A DNA stretch of 64,000 bases from Myxococcales bacterium (GTDB lineage Bacteria > Myxococcota_A > Polyangia > Polyangiales > DASUME01), in NCBI GenBank assembly GCA_047601445.1, contig JASGJH010000001.1, positions 4,096,001-4,160,000 on the forward strand. Direction: 5' to 3'. Shown in pieces: positions 7,187 through 16,758 of this stretch (positions within the stretch are counted from its first letter, which is position 1; the number at the start of each line of letters is the position of its first letter). A program made the translations under genes and the position numbers. The notes below the pieces were generated by a model, which saw only the letters and a program-made list of their open reading frames with translations, made no database searches and had not been told where the DNA came from.

Positions 7187-10100
7187 TCATGGCGCACTGG
7201 CTTCCGCGGCTAGCGCTGGCGCCGCTTCGTTGAGACGGGACACCCGCCGCTGGAGGCTCGCCATCAAGTCCGTGCATTGCTCTTGATCGACCGCCTCGAC
7301 TACTGCAACGCCAATGCAGGTGGTCGAGCTCTCACGCATGTCGGCCATCGTCTGGCCCACCGGCACGGTCAGCGTGGCCTCCACGACGCCAGGAAGAGCG
7401 CGGATGTCCTCGCATCCAACACGATTGATCCGACCGGCCGACGCGGGGAGAGTCGTTACTCCGAAGACCTTATTCGGCTCACACGGTCGCCGCGGGATCG
7501 CGTCGCCCGTGATCGAGAGCGCTCCGGCCGCCCATAGGTCGACCCCGACCGCGCGCTCAATCATGCTCGAGATGTTGTTGCCAGCTACCCGCGCGGCCAG
7601 CTCGCCCGCAACGAAATCGAACGTACCCGGTCGAGCGAAGACCTCGAAGTGAAACACCCCGGTGACGTGCCCCAAGGCGTCGAGGGCCCGTTGGGTGAAC
7701 GTGCCCGCGGCTTGGTAGAGCTGCGGATGGCGGGACGGCGGGAAGGAAATGCTGGCGTGCTGTTTGCCGTTCTTGATCTCGAGGATAGGGGTCACGTACC
7801 TGGACGCATGGAACGTGTGCAGCTGGCCTTGCAGTACGACCCCGTCGAAGTGCCACTCATCGCCGGCGACAAACTCCTCGACCATCAGCCGGCGCAAATT
7901 CGGGTAATTCGCCACCGTGGTAGATACCGCGCTGACGAGCGCTTCGTCGTCCGATACGAACTGCACGTGACGCGTACCGTACCCGGCGACCGGCTTCAGC
8001 ACGAAGGGAGGACGCAGACCGGCGGTTCGTACCGACGCGAGCACAATGTCGGGGCTGGCACATGCATCGGGCACCACGACGAATCTGGCGGTGGGTATCC
8101 CAGCCTCGTGCCATGCGGCTTTTTGCACCGGCTTGTCGCGACAACGCAGAGCTACCTCGGGGTCGAGCCCACGGATGCCCAGGAGTCGTGCCAGGATGGC
8201 GCTCGAAACGACCCCCGTCTCGCAATTCGAGACCACGGCCCCGATCGGACGTGCGAGCGCACCCACCTGATGCAGCGCCGACCATAGGGACTCGACAGAG
8301 GTAAGCGTGTCGATGGCGCAAAAGTGACGGGCCCGTGGGCGCAGCGCCGAAACCCAGGGCTCTTGCCAGGCTTCGTACAGAAGGGTCACCTCGTGACCGG
8401 CCTCGACGAGGGCATCGAACGCTTCCCGTTTTGCTCTCACCAGCACTACGTGCATCGCTCTGCTCTCCTTCCGGTAGGCAGCTCTACTCTTCGATGTTTG
8501 GCGATTTGGAGCGGGCTCCGAGCGTGTCCCATGGGCAACAGAGGGAGCCCAATCACAACCTCTCCCGCATTTGAGCGAAGGCGGATTCGAAGCGTTCACG
8601 AGGTCGGATCCAATCGGCACTCGGGCGGTGAAGCCCTTCTCCAGGCGCTCGCATCTTACGTGAGTTGCTCTCGTCGTAGACGAGCCGGGTCGTCCAACGC
8701 TGACCGCGAGCTCCCCGCCCCGTTCCAGTGACAATCTTTGGCCGAAGGCCGACACCCCGGAGAACTCGTGAGGGACAGCCACATCGATCGCGTAGCCTTG
8801 GCCCGGCTCAAATAGATACCGGATGCGGAGACCCGATGAGCGGTCGTCCCAGGAACGGAGCACGCACAGCTCGGCCGAGTCCTCAAAGTGTCGGCGATTG
8901 GAGGCGATCAAGCCCTCGATTCGGTCGGAGATCAGCGCGCGATCCCCCGACTCGGCGTACTGGCGGAGCAGCGGAACGTGCCGTCGCAACAGCTGCGGGA
9001 GATACAACTCGGGTCGCTTCTCGTTGCGGATGACAGCCAGTCGAAAGGTCAGCTCCTGAAGCTCAGCGCGCTCGATTTCAGAGTTCGTCGCCCGCGCATC
9101 GAGCTCCTCGCGATACCGAGCGTACGCATCGATCAAGTCCCGAATCCGCTCGTCCTGAGCGCCTCCGAGCAGAACCTGGTTCAGCGCTTCTCGTCCTCTG
9201 GGCCACAGGCGAGCCAGCAAGCAGAGGATGCCACCGAGATCGTAGGTCCCCGTCCAGCGCGGCATGCGCCTCTCGATGAGAATCGGGGATGTGCCATCGA
9301 AAGCAACCTGATGAAGGTGCAAACCAAGCTGACCGTAGAACTTGCTCGGAGTGCACCGGGCCAGCCAGAATTGGGGAAACCCGCACAAGCGCAGGAGGCC
9401 TCGGATGACAGCCTGGGCATACTTTCGCTTCACCCGTTGCTCGAGCTCCTCGCGCTCGGGGATGGCAGCAGCGAGTCGAGGCGACAGCCCGAGGGCGGTG
9501 CAGTGCGCAAGATTTCTCAGCATGTCGCTGAGATTGGCAGGCGAGTCGGAACGGAACGGCGAGCCGCGCACCGCAATGGTGGAACCATGGTTTGGTTGAG
9601 TCGATTGCGTCTCGAAGTCGAGCAGTCGCCCACTGGTCTCGACATTCGACGACGACAGCGCTCCGTGGGGTGCCCGCCGCACGAGTAGCGCAGCTTGCTG
9701 TTCGGCAAGGCGATCGGCGAACTGCAGGAACCCCTCGCGTAGCGCCTCCTCGCAGGAGGCGGGCTCCGGAGTGTTCCGCGGCAAGGCGGCCATGATGCAT
9801 TGCTGCAGGGACCGGAGACTATCGGCGTCCTGACGAGAATAGGGGTTGAGCATGAAATGCGCCGGGCGCACCGGGAAAGGGCGTAGGAGCAGCGCGCGGC
9901 GCTTGCTGCGGCCATCCGGCAAGAGCATTGATGTCCCACAGTCCAGAATGGCGAGCACGCGGTTGGCGCCATGCGGCGCTTCGGCCTGGTTGAGCTCACC
10001 CCAGACTGCCTCGCGCATGGCATCTCCCAAGAACAGACCTCCATGCCGATGATCGTGCGGACTTCCGTGGTCGGCCAGCGACGTCGTCCCGATGCCTTTG

Positions 10101-10522
10101 ATCTGCAGCGATCCGAGCGCGGCTGCGCGGCCGCTCCCACGGTTGGCCCCGATGCCCTCACCACCGTATCGATCGGCATAAAAAGCCCGGGCTTCACCGA
10201 TGAACATGCCAGGCTCATCCTGGTCGTCCGGGATCCGATACGCGAAAGCTTCGAGGAATATGTGCTCGAGCTCAGGTGTGATGCCGTCGCTAGGCAACCC
10301 GAGCTCGAGGTCGCGCAACAGAGACCAGTTCACCCACAGCAGCCTCGCGTCGCGCATTCTTCGGGCGAGCACCGGCACGAACGCCTCCGGTGGTGGTGCC
10401 ACCGGCGCGTTGTCCATGAGCCGAGCGAGCCCGGCTCGGAGCCTGTCGTAGGGGGAAACGGACACGCCAATAGAGGCATGAAGCGATGTTGCGTCGCGAG
10501 CAATCCTCATCACCCCGCACAA
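7187..10522 (-). CDS. MchC/MceJ-like (SelO-fold) domain fused in frame to an ATP-grasp ligase; the ATP-grasp half may also start independently at 8455
   Basis: ADRYGGEGIG.N.GSGR, QIKGIG, REAVWGE, RRALLLR..VRPAHF, HGALSSSN, LDFET; then CRDK, LKPVAGYGT, VEEFVAGDE, FHFEVF, ELAAR. Confidence 0.75.
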   Translation of the reverse strand: MCGVMRIARDATSLHASIGVSVSPYDRLRAGLARLMDNAPVAPPPEAFVPVLARRMRDARLLWVNWSLLRDLELGLPSDGITPELEHIFLEAFAYRIPDDQDEPGMFIGEARAFYADRYGGEGIGANRGSGRAAALGSLQIKGIGTTSLADHGSPHDHRHGGLFLGDAMREAVWGELNQAEAPHGANRVLAILDCGTSMLLPDGRSKRRALLLRPFPVRPAHFMLNPYSRQDADSLRSLQQCIMAALPRNTPEPASCEEALREGFLQFADRLAEQQAALLVRRAPHGALSSSNVETSGRLLDFETQSTQPNHGSTIAVRGSPFRSDSPANLSDMLRNLAHCTALGLSPRLAAAIPEREELEQRVKRKYAQAVIRGLLRLCGFPQFWLARCTPSKFYGQLGLHLHQVAFDGTSPILIERRMPRWTGTYDLGGILCLLARLWPRGREALNQVLLGGAQDERIRDLIDAYARYREELDARATNSEIERAELQELTFRLAVIRNEKRPELYLPQLLRRHVPLLRQYAESGDRALISDRIEGLIASNRRHFEDSAELCVLRSWDDRSSGLRIRYLFEPGQGYAIDVAVPHEFSGVSAFGQRLSLERGGELAVSVGRPGSSTTRATHVRCERLEKGFTARVPIGSDLVNASNPPSLKCGRGCDWAPSVAHGTRSEPAPNRQTSKSRAAYRKESRAMHVVLVRAKREAFDALVEAGHEVTLLYEAWQEPWVSALRPRARHFCAIDTLTSVESLWSALHQVGALARPIGAVVSNCETGVVSSAILARLLGIRGLDPEVALRCRDKPVQKAAWHEAGIPTARFVVVPDACASPDIVLASVRTAGLRPPFVLKPVAGYGTRHVQFVSDDEALVSAVSTTVANYPNLRRLMVEEFVAGDEWHFDGVVLQGQLHTFHASRYVTPILEIKNGKQHASISFPPSRHPQLYQAAGTFTQRALDALGHVTGVFHFEVFARPGTFDFVAGELAARVAGNNISSMIERAVGVDLWAAGALSITGDAIPRRPCEPNKVFGVTTLPASAGRINRVGCEDIRALPGVVEATLTVPVGQTMADMRESSTTCIGVAVVEAVDQEQCTDLMASLQRRVSRLNEAAPALAAEASAP

Positions 10523-10554
10523 CAGTACCGACGCGAACCTTCAGGCGGCTCTGC

Positions 10555-11514
10555 TCACCCGGTTGCAAAGCGATCGAGCGCGCTCATCAGGGCCAATCGC
10601 TTGCTGTTGCTGCGCAGGTGCCCGGCGTCGTCCACCGCGATGAGCTCCGCCCCCGCCCATGCTCGCGCAAGGGCCCAGGCGGTGTCGATTGGACAACTCA
10701 TGTCTCGTCTTCCGTGGATCACCACCCCGGGGATTCCATCGAGCCGCGCCGCGTTCTGGATCAGAGCGCCTTCTTCCAACCAACCGCCATGCCGAAGGTA
10801 GTGGGTACAAATGCGCACGAAGGCCAGCATGTCCTCGACCGGCATCTCAGAGCTCGAGGCCGCGCCGGCACCAGTCTCGAGTGAGAGCACCGCGTCCTCC
10901 CATTTGCACCACCCCCTGGCGGCCGCCACCCTGACGGCCTCCTCAGGGTGATCCATGCGCTGGGCGTAAGCCTCGATCAGGTCCGCCCCACGCGCGGTGT
11001 TGGGTAAGGGACCTCGGAATTGTTCCCATGCTTCCGGGAAGAAACGAGCAGCCCCTGCGTACAGCCACTCGGCCTCACGACGAGTCCACGTAGTCACATT
11101 GCTGAGCACGAGCTCAGAAACCGACTCGCGATGGCGATGCGCATAGGCCAGCGCGAGCGCGACACCCCACGAGGCGCCGGAGACCAACCAACGCTCGATG
11201 CCGAGGTGACGCCGGAGGGATTCCATGTCCGCGATGAGGTGATCCGTCGTGTTGCATGACATGTCCGTGGCGAGGTCACTGGCGGAGGGGATCGACCTTC
11301 CGCAGCCCCGTTGGTCGAACAGAACCACCCTATACTGCTCCGGGTCGAACGCGCGCGCCATGTTGGGAGCGCAGCCTTGCCCGGGACCGCCGTGCAGCAC
11401 CACAGCGGGCTTTCCGTGGGGTACGCCGAAGACCTGCCACGCGATGCGGTTTTCGGAGCTGACCTCCAGGTGTCCTTCTTGGATGGGTCCTCGCAGCGGA
11501 TACAAGTCGACCAT
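10555..11514 (-). CDS. pip: Proline iminopeptidase (S33 alpha/beta hydrolase)
   Basis: LHGGPG, FDQRGCGRS, GASWG nucleophile, HGRRD, DAGH. Confidence 0.9.
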   Translation of the reverse strand: MVDLYPLRGPIQEGHLEVSSENRIAWQVFGVPHGKPAVVLHGGPGQGCAPNMARAFDPEQYRVVLFDQRGCGRSIPSASDLATDMSCNTTDHLIADMESLRRHLGIERWLVSGASWGVALALAYAHRHRESVSELVLSNVTTWTRREAEWLYAGAARFFPEAWEQFRGPLPNTARGADLIEAYAQRMDHPEEAVRVAAARGWCKWEDAVLSLETGAGAASSSEMPVEDMLAFVRICTHYLRHGGWLEEGALIQNAARLDGIPGVVIHGRRDMSCPIDTAWALARAWAGAELIAVDDAGHLRSNSKRLALMSALDRFATG

Positions 11515-11571
11515 GGAGACCTCGCATTCGTTGACACCGGATTTTCGCCAAACGCAACCGACCCCGACCGT

Positions 11572-12615
11572 CTACCCTGAAGACGGGCCCGTGTCTCGTG
11601 GAGGAACGGCCTGCGCGACGAGCACGTGAACGCCGGAGCGGGTGGTCAACACTCGCTCGATCACGAAGCCGGCTGCAACGAGCAAGGCGCGGTTCTCGTC
11701 GAGCGTGCGATCCCGAGCCCCGAACAACACGAGCATCGTCAGGTCTCGAATCGACGATGGAAGTCCGCCCTCGCGCTCCAGGTCGAGCGAGCGCTCGATG
11801 AGCAAGAGGCGCCCACCTCCCGTGATGGCGCGCCGCACGTTGCCAAGGATTTGCAAGGCCTCTTCGTCGCGCCAGTTGTGAATCACTGCCTTGAGCAAAT
11901 AGAGTTCTGCTCCAGCAGGAACCTCCCGCAACAGGTCGCCGGCGAGCGCTGTGCCTCGCCCGCTCACTCCTCGCTCCTGAAGAGTATGCCTGACTTGTTC
12001 GACCACGGCCGCCTGCTCGACCGCGATTCCTTGCAACTCCGGGTGTCCCTTCAGTACCTCGGCGAGCAGGGTTCCGTCACCCGCTCCCAGGTCGACGACC
12101 AGGCCTCGCTCGGGGAACTCGTACAGGGCTTCGAACTCGTTCCAGAAATGGGAGCTGTTGAAGCGCATCGTGCGCGCGAAGGAACGCGCCAGCTCGGGGG
12201 TTTCGCTCATGTAGGTCCACAGCCCCCGCCCATGCACGTGCTCGAAAGCCGAGCGACCGGTACGCAACGCGTAGCTCAAGCAGGCCCAGGCGTCGTAGTA
12301 TTCGGTTCCAGACATTCGAGCGTGACCATGAAGCAGACCCGCCTCGTGGTGCAGCAGCTTGCAGAGCGCGGTACCGTGAACCAGACCGTCGACGCGCTGT
12401 ACGAGCTCGAGTCCCTCAAGCGCATCCAAGTACCTGCGCAGTTCGTTCGTGCCGATACCGGTCAGCTCCGCGAGAGTGCGTTCGGTCTGCGGCCCCTCGG
12501 CCAGAAAGTCCGGGATGCGGAGCGTCACCGCCGAGGCCACGAGCTGCGTAACGATGTACCCACCCAACAGCTTCCCGAGCCGCTCGCCTTCCGGCCTGGC
12601 TTCGTTCTGGAGCAT
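11572..12615 (-). CDS. SAM-dependent methyltransferase (Methyltransf_2 with dimerisation domain)
   Basis: VDLGAGDG, LKAVIHNW; GAGGAGG RBS before MLQNE. Confidence 0.9.
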   Translation of the reverse strand: MLQNEARPEGERLGKLLGGYIVTQLVASAVTLRIPDFLAEGPQTERTLAELTGIGTNELRRYLDALEGLELVQRVDGLVHGTALCKLLHHEAGLLHGHARMSGTEYYDAWACLSYALRTGRSAFEHVHGRGLWTYMSETPELARSFARTMRFNSSHFWNEFEALYEFPERGLVVDLGAGDGTLLAEVLKGHPELQGIAVEQAAVVEQVRHTLQERGVSGRGTALAGDLLREVPAGAELYLLKAVIHNWRDEEALQILGNVRRAITGGGRLLLIERSLDLEREGGLPSSIRDLTMLVLFGARDRTLDENRALLVAAGFVIERVLTTRSGVHVLVAQAVPPRDTGPSSG

Positions 12616-12747
12616 TCGGAACCTCCTCAACTGCTTGCCTCAAGTCGTACTCGAGTGCGAGGCCCATGGCGACGAGGTTAACCCCGCGTGGCGCAAGATG
12701 ACGGCGGTCCAGCCCGCCCAACCGCCGATGGTCCCTATCCGCCATAG

Positions 12748-12818
12748 CGATGGCGTTCAAGCGCCCCGCCAACGCCCCATGAGACAAGCCAGAGTGCGTG
12801 CTTCGACCACCGCGTGTG
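12748..12818. repeat. Imperfect direct repeat, copy 2
   Basis: Matches 2833-2904; minus strand encodes HAVVEARTLACL then, after a frameshift, GRLNAI. Confidence 0.85.
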
Positions 12819-12855
12819 GGGAAGACGCTTGGCTTCTCTTGCAACGAGGTTGGTG

Positions 12856-13839
12856 ATGAGCGAGCACTTGCTTGGTGCGGCCGCGGCGTGCGGCTGTTTG
12901 GTAATGTGGAATCTGCTGGGTGGCTGCGGATCGGAAGACAGCACGTCTGCACGGAGCGCGGACACGCCGAGCGCGCAGGATGCGGGTGAAGGCGACGACT
13001 CTTCCACGGAGCAAGACGGTGATGAACCGTGGGACGACGCAGACGCATCGAGCGAGGAGCCCGGCCCCGATGCCTCGGACAAGGGCTCGCAACCCCCGCA
13101 AGACTCCGCCCTGTGCCACCTGGCTGGCGAGCAGGTGGCGGTGCTGGGGGACTCCTACGTCGCGCTGGATCCCACCTACGTGAAGTTCGACACCCATCCT
13201 TTCACGCGCAATCTGGAGGCGCTGGCGCGCAGCGCGGGAGCGCTCGGCGAGAGCGAGCAATATCGCCGCCTCGCCGTGAGTGGCGCCTCGATGAACGGGT
13301 TTCCCAATGTTCCTGCGCAGCTCGACGGCGCACTCGAGAGCGATCCGGACCTGAAGCTGATCATCATGGACGGCGGAGGCAACGATGTGCTGGTGAACAA
13401 CCGCCAGTGCCTGGAGCACGCCACGGCCGACGAGCTCCTACGGGACGAAAGTTGTGTGGGCACCGTGGATGATGTGCTCGCCGCAGCTCAAGGAATGTTC
13501 GACAAGGCCAGCGCCGCGGGAGTGGAATCCGTGGTCTATTTCTTCTATCCGCATCTGCCTGGCTACGCGTCCGGCTATCTCAACCTCGCCGGTACCTATC
13601 CGAACGTCATGTTGGACTACGCGTATCCACGCATGCAGGCCTTCTGCACGGGACAGCACGCCTTGCCTTGCACCTTCGTGGACATGCGGCCCGTGTTCGA
13701 CACGGACGGCGACGGCGCGCCCGATCCCGGCATGATCAACGTGGATGGCATCCATCCGACCGAGGCGAGCTCCAAGCTGCTGGCCGCGGAGGTCTGGAAG
13801 GTCATGCGGCGGGAGTGCCTTGCCGTGGAGCGCCCGTGA
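12856..13839 (+). CDS. SGNH/GDSL hydrolase lipoprotein
   Basis: LGDSY, AVSGA, GGGND, DGIHP; lipobox LLGGC and acidic linker. Confidence 0.88.
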   Translation: MSEHLLGAAAACGCLVMWNLLGGCGSEDSTSARSADTPSAQDAGEGDDSSTEQDGDEPWDDADASSEEPGPDASDKGSQPPQDSALCHLAGEQVAVLGDSYVALDPTYVKFDTHPFTRNLEALARSAGALGESEQYRRLAVSGASMNGFPNVPAQLDGALESDPDLKLIIMDGGGNDVLVNNRQCLEHATADELLRDESCVGTVDDVLAAAQGMFDKASAAGVESVVYFFYPHLPGYASGYLNLAGTYPNVMLDYAYPRMQAFCTGQHALPCTFVDMRPVFDTDGDGAPDPGMINVDGIHPTEASSKLLAAEVWKVMRRECLAVERP

Positions 13840-14176
13840 TGCTCGGAGCGTTCACGCAGCGCTCGACCTCGGCTGCCATCTGCCCGCGCAGAGCTAGGCG
13901 CAGCATCTTGAAGTCGGCCATGAACGAGTACAGCGCGTGGCCGAAGGTCGCGGGCCGATTGCCCTCCACCAAGAAGTGCCCCAGCCAGGCAGCACCGTAG
14001 CCGACCGCGGGTGCCGCCAGGAGCCACATCGGCTGCAGCGCGAGCGCGCCCGCAGCGACACAACCTAGCGCGCAGAAGGTACCCAGGTAGTGCAGGGCGC
14101 GCGTGAGCGGCTTTTGGTGGGCGCGCACGTAGTACGGCCAGAACGCTTCGAATGAGGTGATTTGGAGACCTGTCAT
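13802..14176 (-). CDS. DUF962/Mpo1-like membrane protein
   Basis: FWPYY..H, LHYLGT, GYGAAWLGHFLVEGNRPATF. Confidence 0.85.
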   Translation of the reverse strand: MTGLQITSFEAFWPYYVRAHQKPLTRALHYLGTFCALGCVAAGALALQPMWLLAAPAVGYGAAWLGHFLVEGNRPATFGHALYSFMADFKMLRLALRGQMAAEVERCVNAPSITGAPRQGTPAA

Positions 14177-14236
14177 GGCCCTCACGCTGCCACATTCAGT
14201 CGCGTCCGCTTGAACGCTAGCGCTGCGGAAAGCCGC

Positions 14237-15148
14237 TCAGGCTGGGGTGGCTTGCTGGCGCACGTGGCGCACCATGGCCTCGAGTCGATCGCGGTCCTGA
14301 TGGGCGTGGGGTCCCCTCAGGGGCTGCGTCGGAAGCTCCAATGAAAGGCGCAAGCTAGGCGAGCGCAGATAGCGCGAAGGCGGCAGGCCGAACATGCCGC
14401 GAAAGACGCGCGTGAGATGCGCAGAGTCGGCAAAGCCCGCGTCGTGAGCCGCGTCCGTCAAATCGTTCCCGAACGCCACGCTGTACACCACCTGGCGCAC
14501 GCGCAGCCATGCCATGTAGCGCCCCAGGGGAACGCCCATCTGCTCCACGAACAGGTGTCCGAGCCGACTCTCCGAGAGCCTGGCGAGCTCGGCCAGCTCG
14601 GCGGCGACGGGGGCCTGCGGAGCGCTGCGCTTCAATGCGTCGAGCACACGCAGGACACGCGCGTCGAGTCGACGCTCGGCGGGACCTGGTGCGCCCAAGA
14701 TCTCCAGTGCCACCTGCCAGACGCCCATGCCCGGGGACAGCCGTGCCAGCGCCGCGAGAACGCCTTCGCGCACAGCTCCGACGTGGGGCTTTTCGAGCAA
14801 GGTCACACGGGGCTGCTCGGTCGGCCACAGGCGCGCGGCCAAACGCGCATACTCCGCGCTCTCGGGATCGATCTGAAGGCTCAACACCAGTCCATTGCCG
14901 GACAGCGCGAGCGGCGTGTTGGGCGGCACGATCACGGCGCATGCCTCTTGCCAGGCCGCGTCCGCGCGATGTCTGAAGCGAAGGCTCCCACTCAACGCCA
15001 GCGTGGCGGAGGCCGTGAAGTGCGTGTGCAAGCCGGTCGTGAGGCCCTCACACAGGAGCGCGCTGCCACCCGGGTGGATGAAGAGTCGGCCGTGGGGGGC
15101 GCGATCACCGGGCAATGCAGAACCTCCGAGAGCTCGAAGGTGCCACAA
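14237..15148 (-). CDS. AraC family transcriptional regulator
   Basis: LSESRLGHLF..MG, AAHDAGFADSAHLTRVFRGMFG. Confidence 0.88.
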   Translation of the reverse strand: MWHLRALGGSALPGDRAPHGRLFIHPGGSALLCEGLTTGLHTHFTASATLALSGSLRFRHRADAAWQEACAVIVPPNTPLALSGNGLVLSLQIDPESAEYARLAARLWPTEQPRVTLLEKPHVGAVREGVLAALARLSPGMGVWQVALEILGAPGPAERRLDARVLRVLDALKRSAPQAPVAAELAELARLSESRLGHLFVEQMGVPLGRYMAWLRVRQVVYSVAFGNDLTDAAHDAGFADSAHLTRVFRGMFGLPPSRYLRSPSLRLSLELPTQPLRGPHAHQDRDRLEAMVRHVRQQATPA

Positions 15149-15487
15149 CGTTTTTGGCTTTGGGGATACGCCGAGTTGGCTGCTGCGGCGTGTCGGCTGT
15201 GAGCAGTCTCCCGCGGATGCGGGTTCAGCTCGTCACCCACAAACAATGGTTAGACCAGTGCTTGCGCGCGCCCTCATGCGCAGCGCCGGTGTTCTTTTGA
15301 AGCTTGCGTGTTAAACGCGGTCTCTGGCGTCACTCCGGAGGCCGCGACAGCAAATTATCCGGCGAAGTCACGTTCCTCGCTCCCCCTAGTATCCGGCTTG
15401 TCGTGCGGGCCGCGTTTGCGCGCTGGCCCAGCGCAACAGGGGGAGGCGGAGCGAGCTGTGCCGCAAGAGGACTCCATTGGACATCAG

Positions 15488-16498
15488 ATGTCCTTGGCCT
15501 TTGCTCGGGGGTTGATCGAAGCCCTCGAAGCACTCGGCATCTCGCAGGCTGAGCTCTTGCGCGGAACCACGGTCTCCGAGGCCGCGCTCGCGGCCAAGGG
15601 TGGCACTCAGCCACTGCACCAGCTCGACGAGTTGGTGGAGCGAGCCCTCGCGCTCACGGCGGACCCTGCCCTCGGCCTTCGCTGGTGGGATCGCGCGACC
15701 TTCGGTGCCTTTGGCGCGGTCGCCCATGCGCTCTCGGTGGCCGAGAACTACCGCGCAGCGCTGGAGTTGATGGCGCGCTACTGGCCGCTCTACTCCAACG
15801 TCGAGCTATTTACGCTGGGCGACGATTCCGAGGCGTGTCGCCTCCGCATGATCCGTCACTCCAAGTCGCAGCTGGCACACCGAACCTACATGGAGTCGGT
15901 CGCTTTCGTGTTGCGCCGCCTGTTGCGCCAGCATGCCGGCTTGTCCGCGGTGCCGCGTCGCATCAGCTTCGACTTTCCCGCCCCGGCGCACGCGCGTGTC
16001 TATGAAGAGGTGCTGGAATGTCCGGTATTGTTCGACGCGCAAGCCACGGAGGTCGTGGTCGACCACGTGCACGCGTTGCGGCCGCAGCCGAACTACCTGG
16101 TGGAGCTCGAGGCTCATCTCACGGCATTCGCGGACGAGTTGATGCAGCAGCGAGGCATGGACGCACTCGCCGGCCGCGTGCTCAAGCTTTTGCGGTCGAC
16201 CCCAGAAGGCCATCGCACCACGATGGAGGATGCTGCCTCGCAGCTGGGAATGAGCGCACGCACGCTGCGTCGACGTCTTCAACTCGAAGGGACGTCCTAC
16301 CCAGTCCTGCTGCAGCGCGTGCAACACGAGACGGCCGAAGCCATGCTGCTCAATCCGAGCCTCTCGGTGAAGGAGATCGCTTACGCTCTCGGCTTCGCCA
16401 ACTCGAGCGCATTTCATCGCGCGGTCCAGCGCTGGACGGGCAAATCCCCGACAGCTCTGCGCACTGCCCAGAGCGCGCTGCCCAAAGCAGGACGCTGA
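15488..16498 (+). CDS. AraC family regulator (OruR/ArgR-like ligand domain)
   Basis: LGMSARTLRRRL, IAYALGFANSSAFHRAVQRWTG; start uncertain. Confidence 0.88.
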   Translation: MSLAFARGLIEALEALGISQAELLRGTTVSEAALAAKGGTQPLHQLDELVERALALTADPALGLRWWDRATFGAFGAVAHALSVAENYRAALELMARYWPLYSNVELFTLGDDSEACRLRMIRHSKSQLAHRTYMESVAFVLRRLLRQHAGLSAVPRRISFDFPAPAHARVYEEVLECPVLFDAQATEVVVDHVHALRPQPNYLVELEAHLTAFADELMQQRGMDALAGRVLKLLRSTPEGHRTTMEDAASQLGMSARTLRRRLQLEGTSYPVLLQRVQHETAEAMLLNPSLSVKEIAYALGFANSSAFHRAVQRWTGKSPTALRTAQSALPKAGR

Positions 16499-16546
16499 CA
16501 TCATCAGCGCCCTGCTTCCCGTGCCAGCCTCGTGCAGCAAGGCGCG

Positions 16547-16602
16547 CCCGTGCCCGCATTCGTGCCCCTGCCCGCATTCGTTCCCGCACTCGCTCCCGCT
16601 CC
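16547..16602. repeat. Degenerate 6/12-nt tandem repeat (cccgcattcgtg-like)
   Basis: cccgtg cccgca ttcgtg cccctg cccgca ttcgtt cccgca ctcgct cccgct. Confidence 0.6.
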
Positions 16603-16758
16603 ACCTCTCCGTCGACGGACAACACATACCCTTGCGCGGAACGTTCTTGTGCTGCCGCAACGAGGGCGGCTAAGTCCGGTTTTCTGCTGATTTCGGCGTG
16701 TGCGAATCGTCTTCGCAGATCGTGAGTTCGCGCGCGCCGACACCGGAGGGGGAACCGC

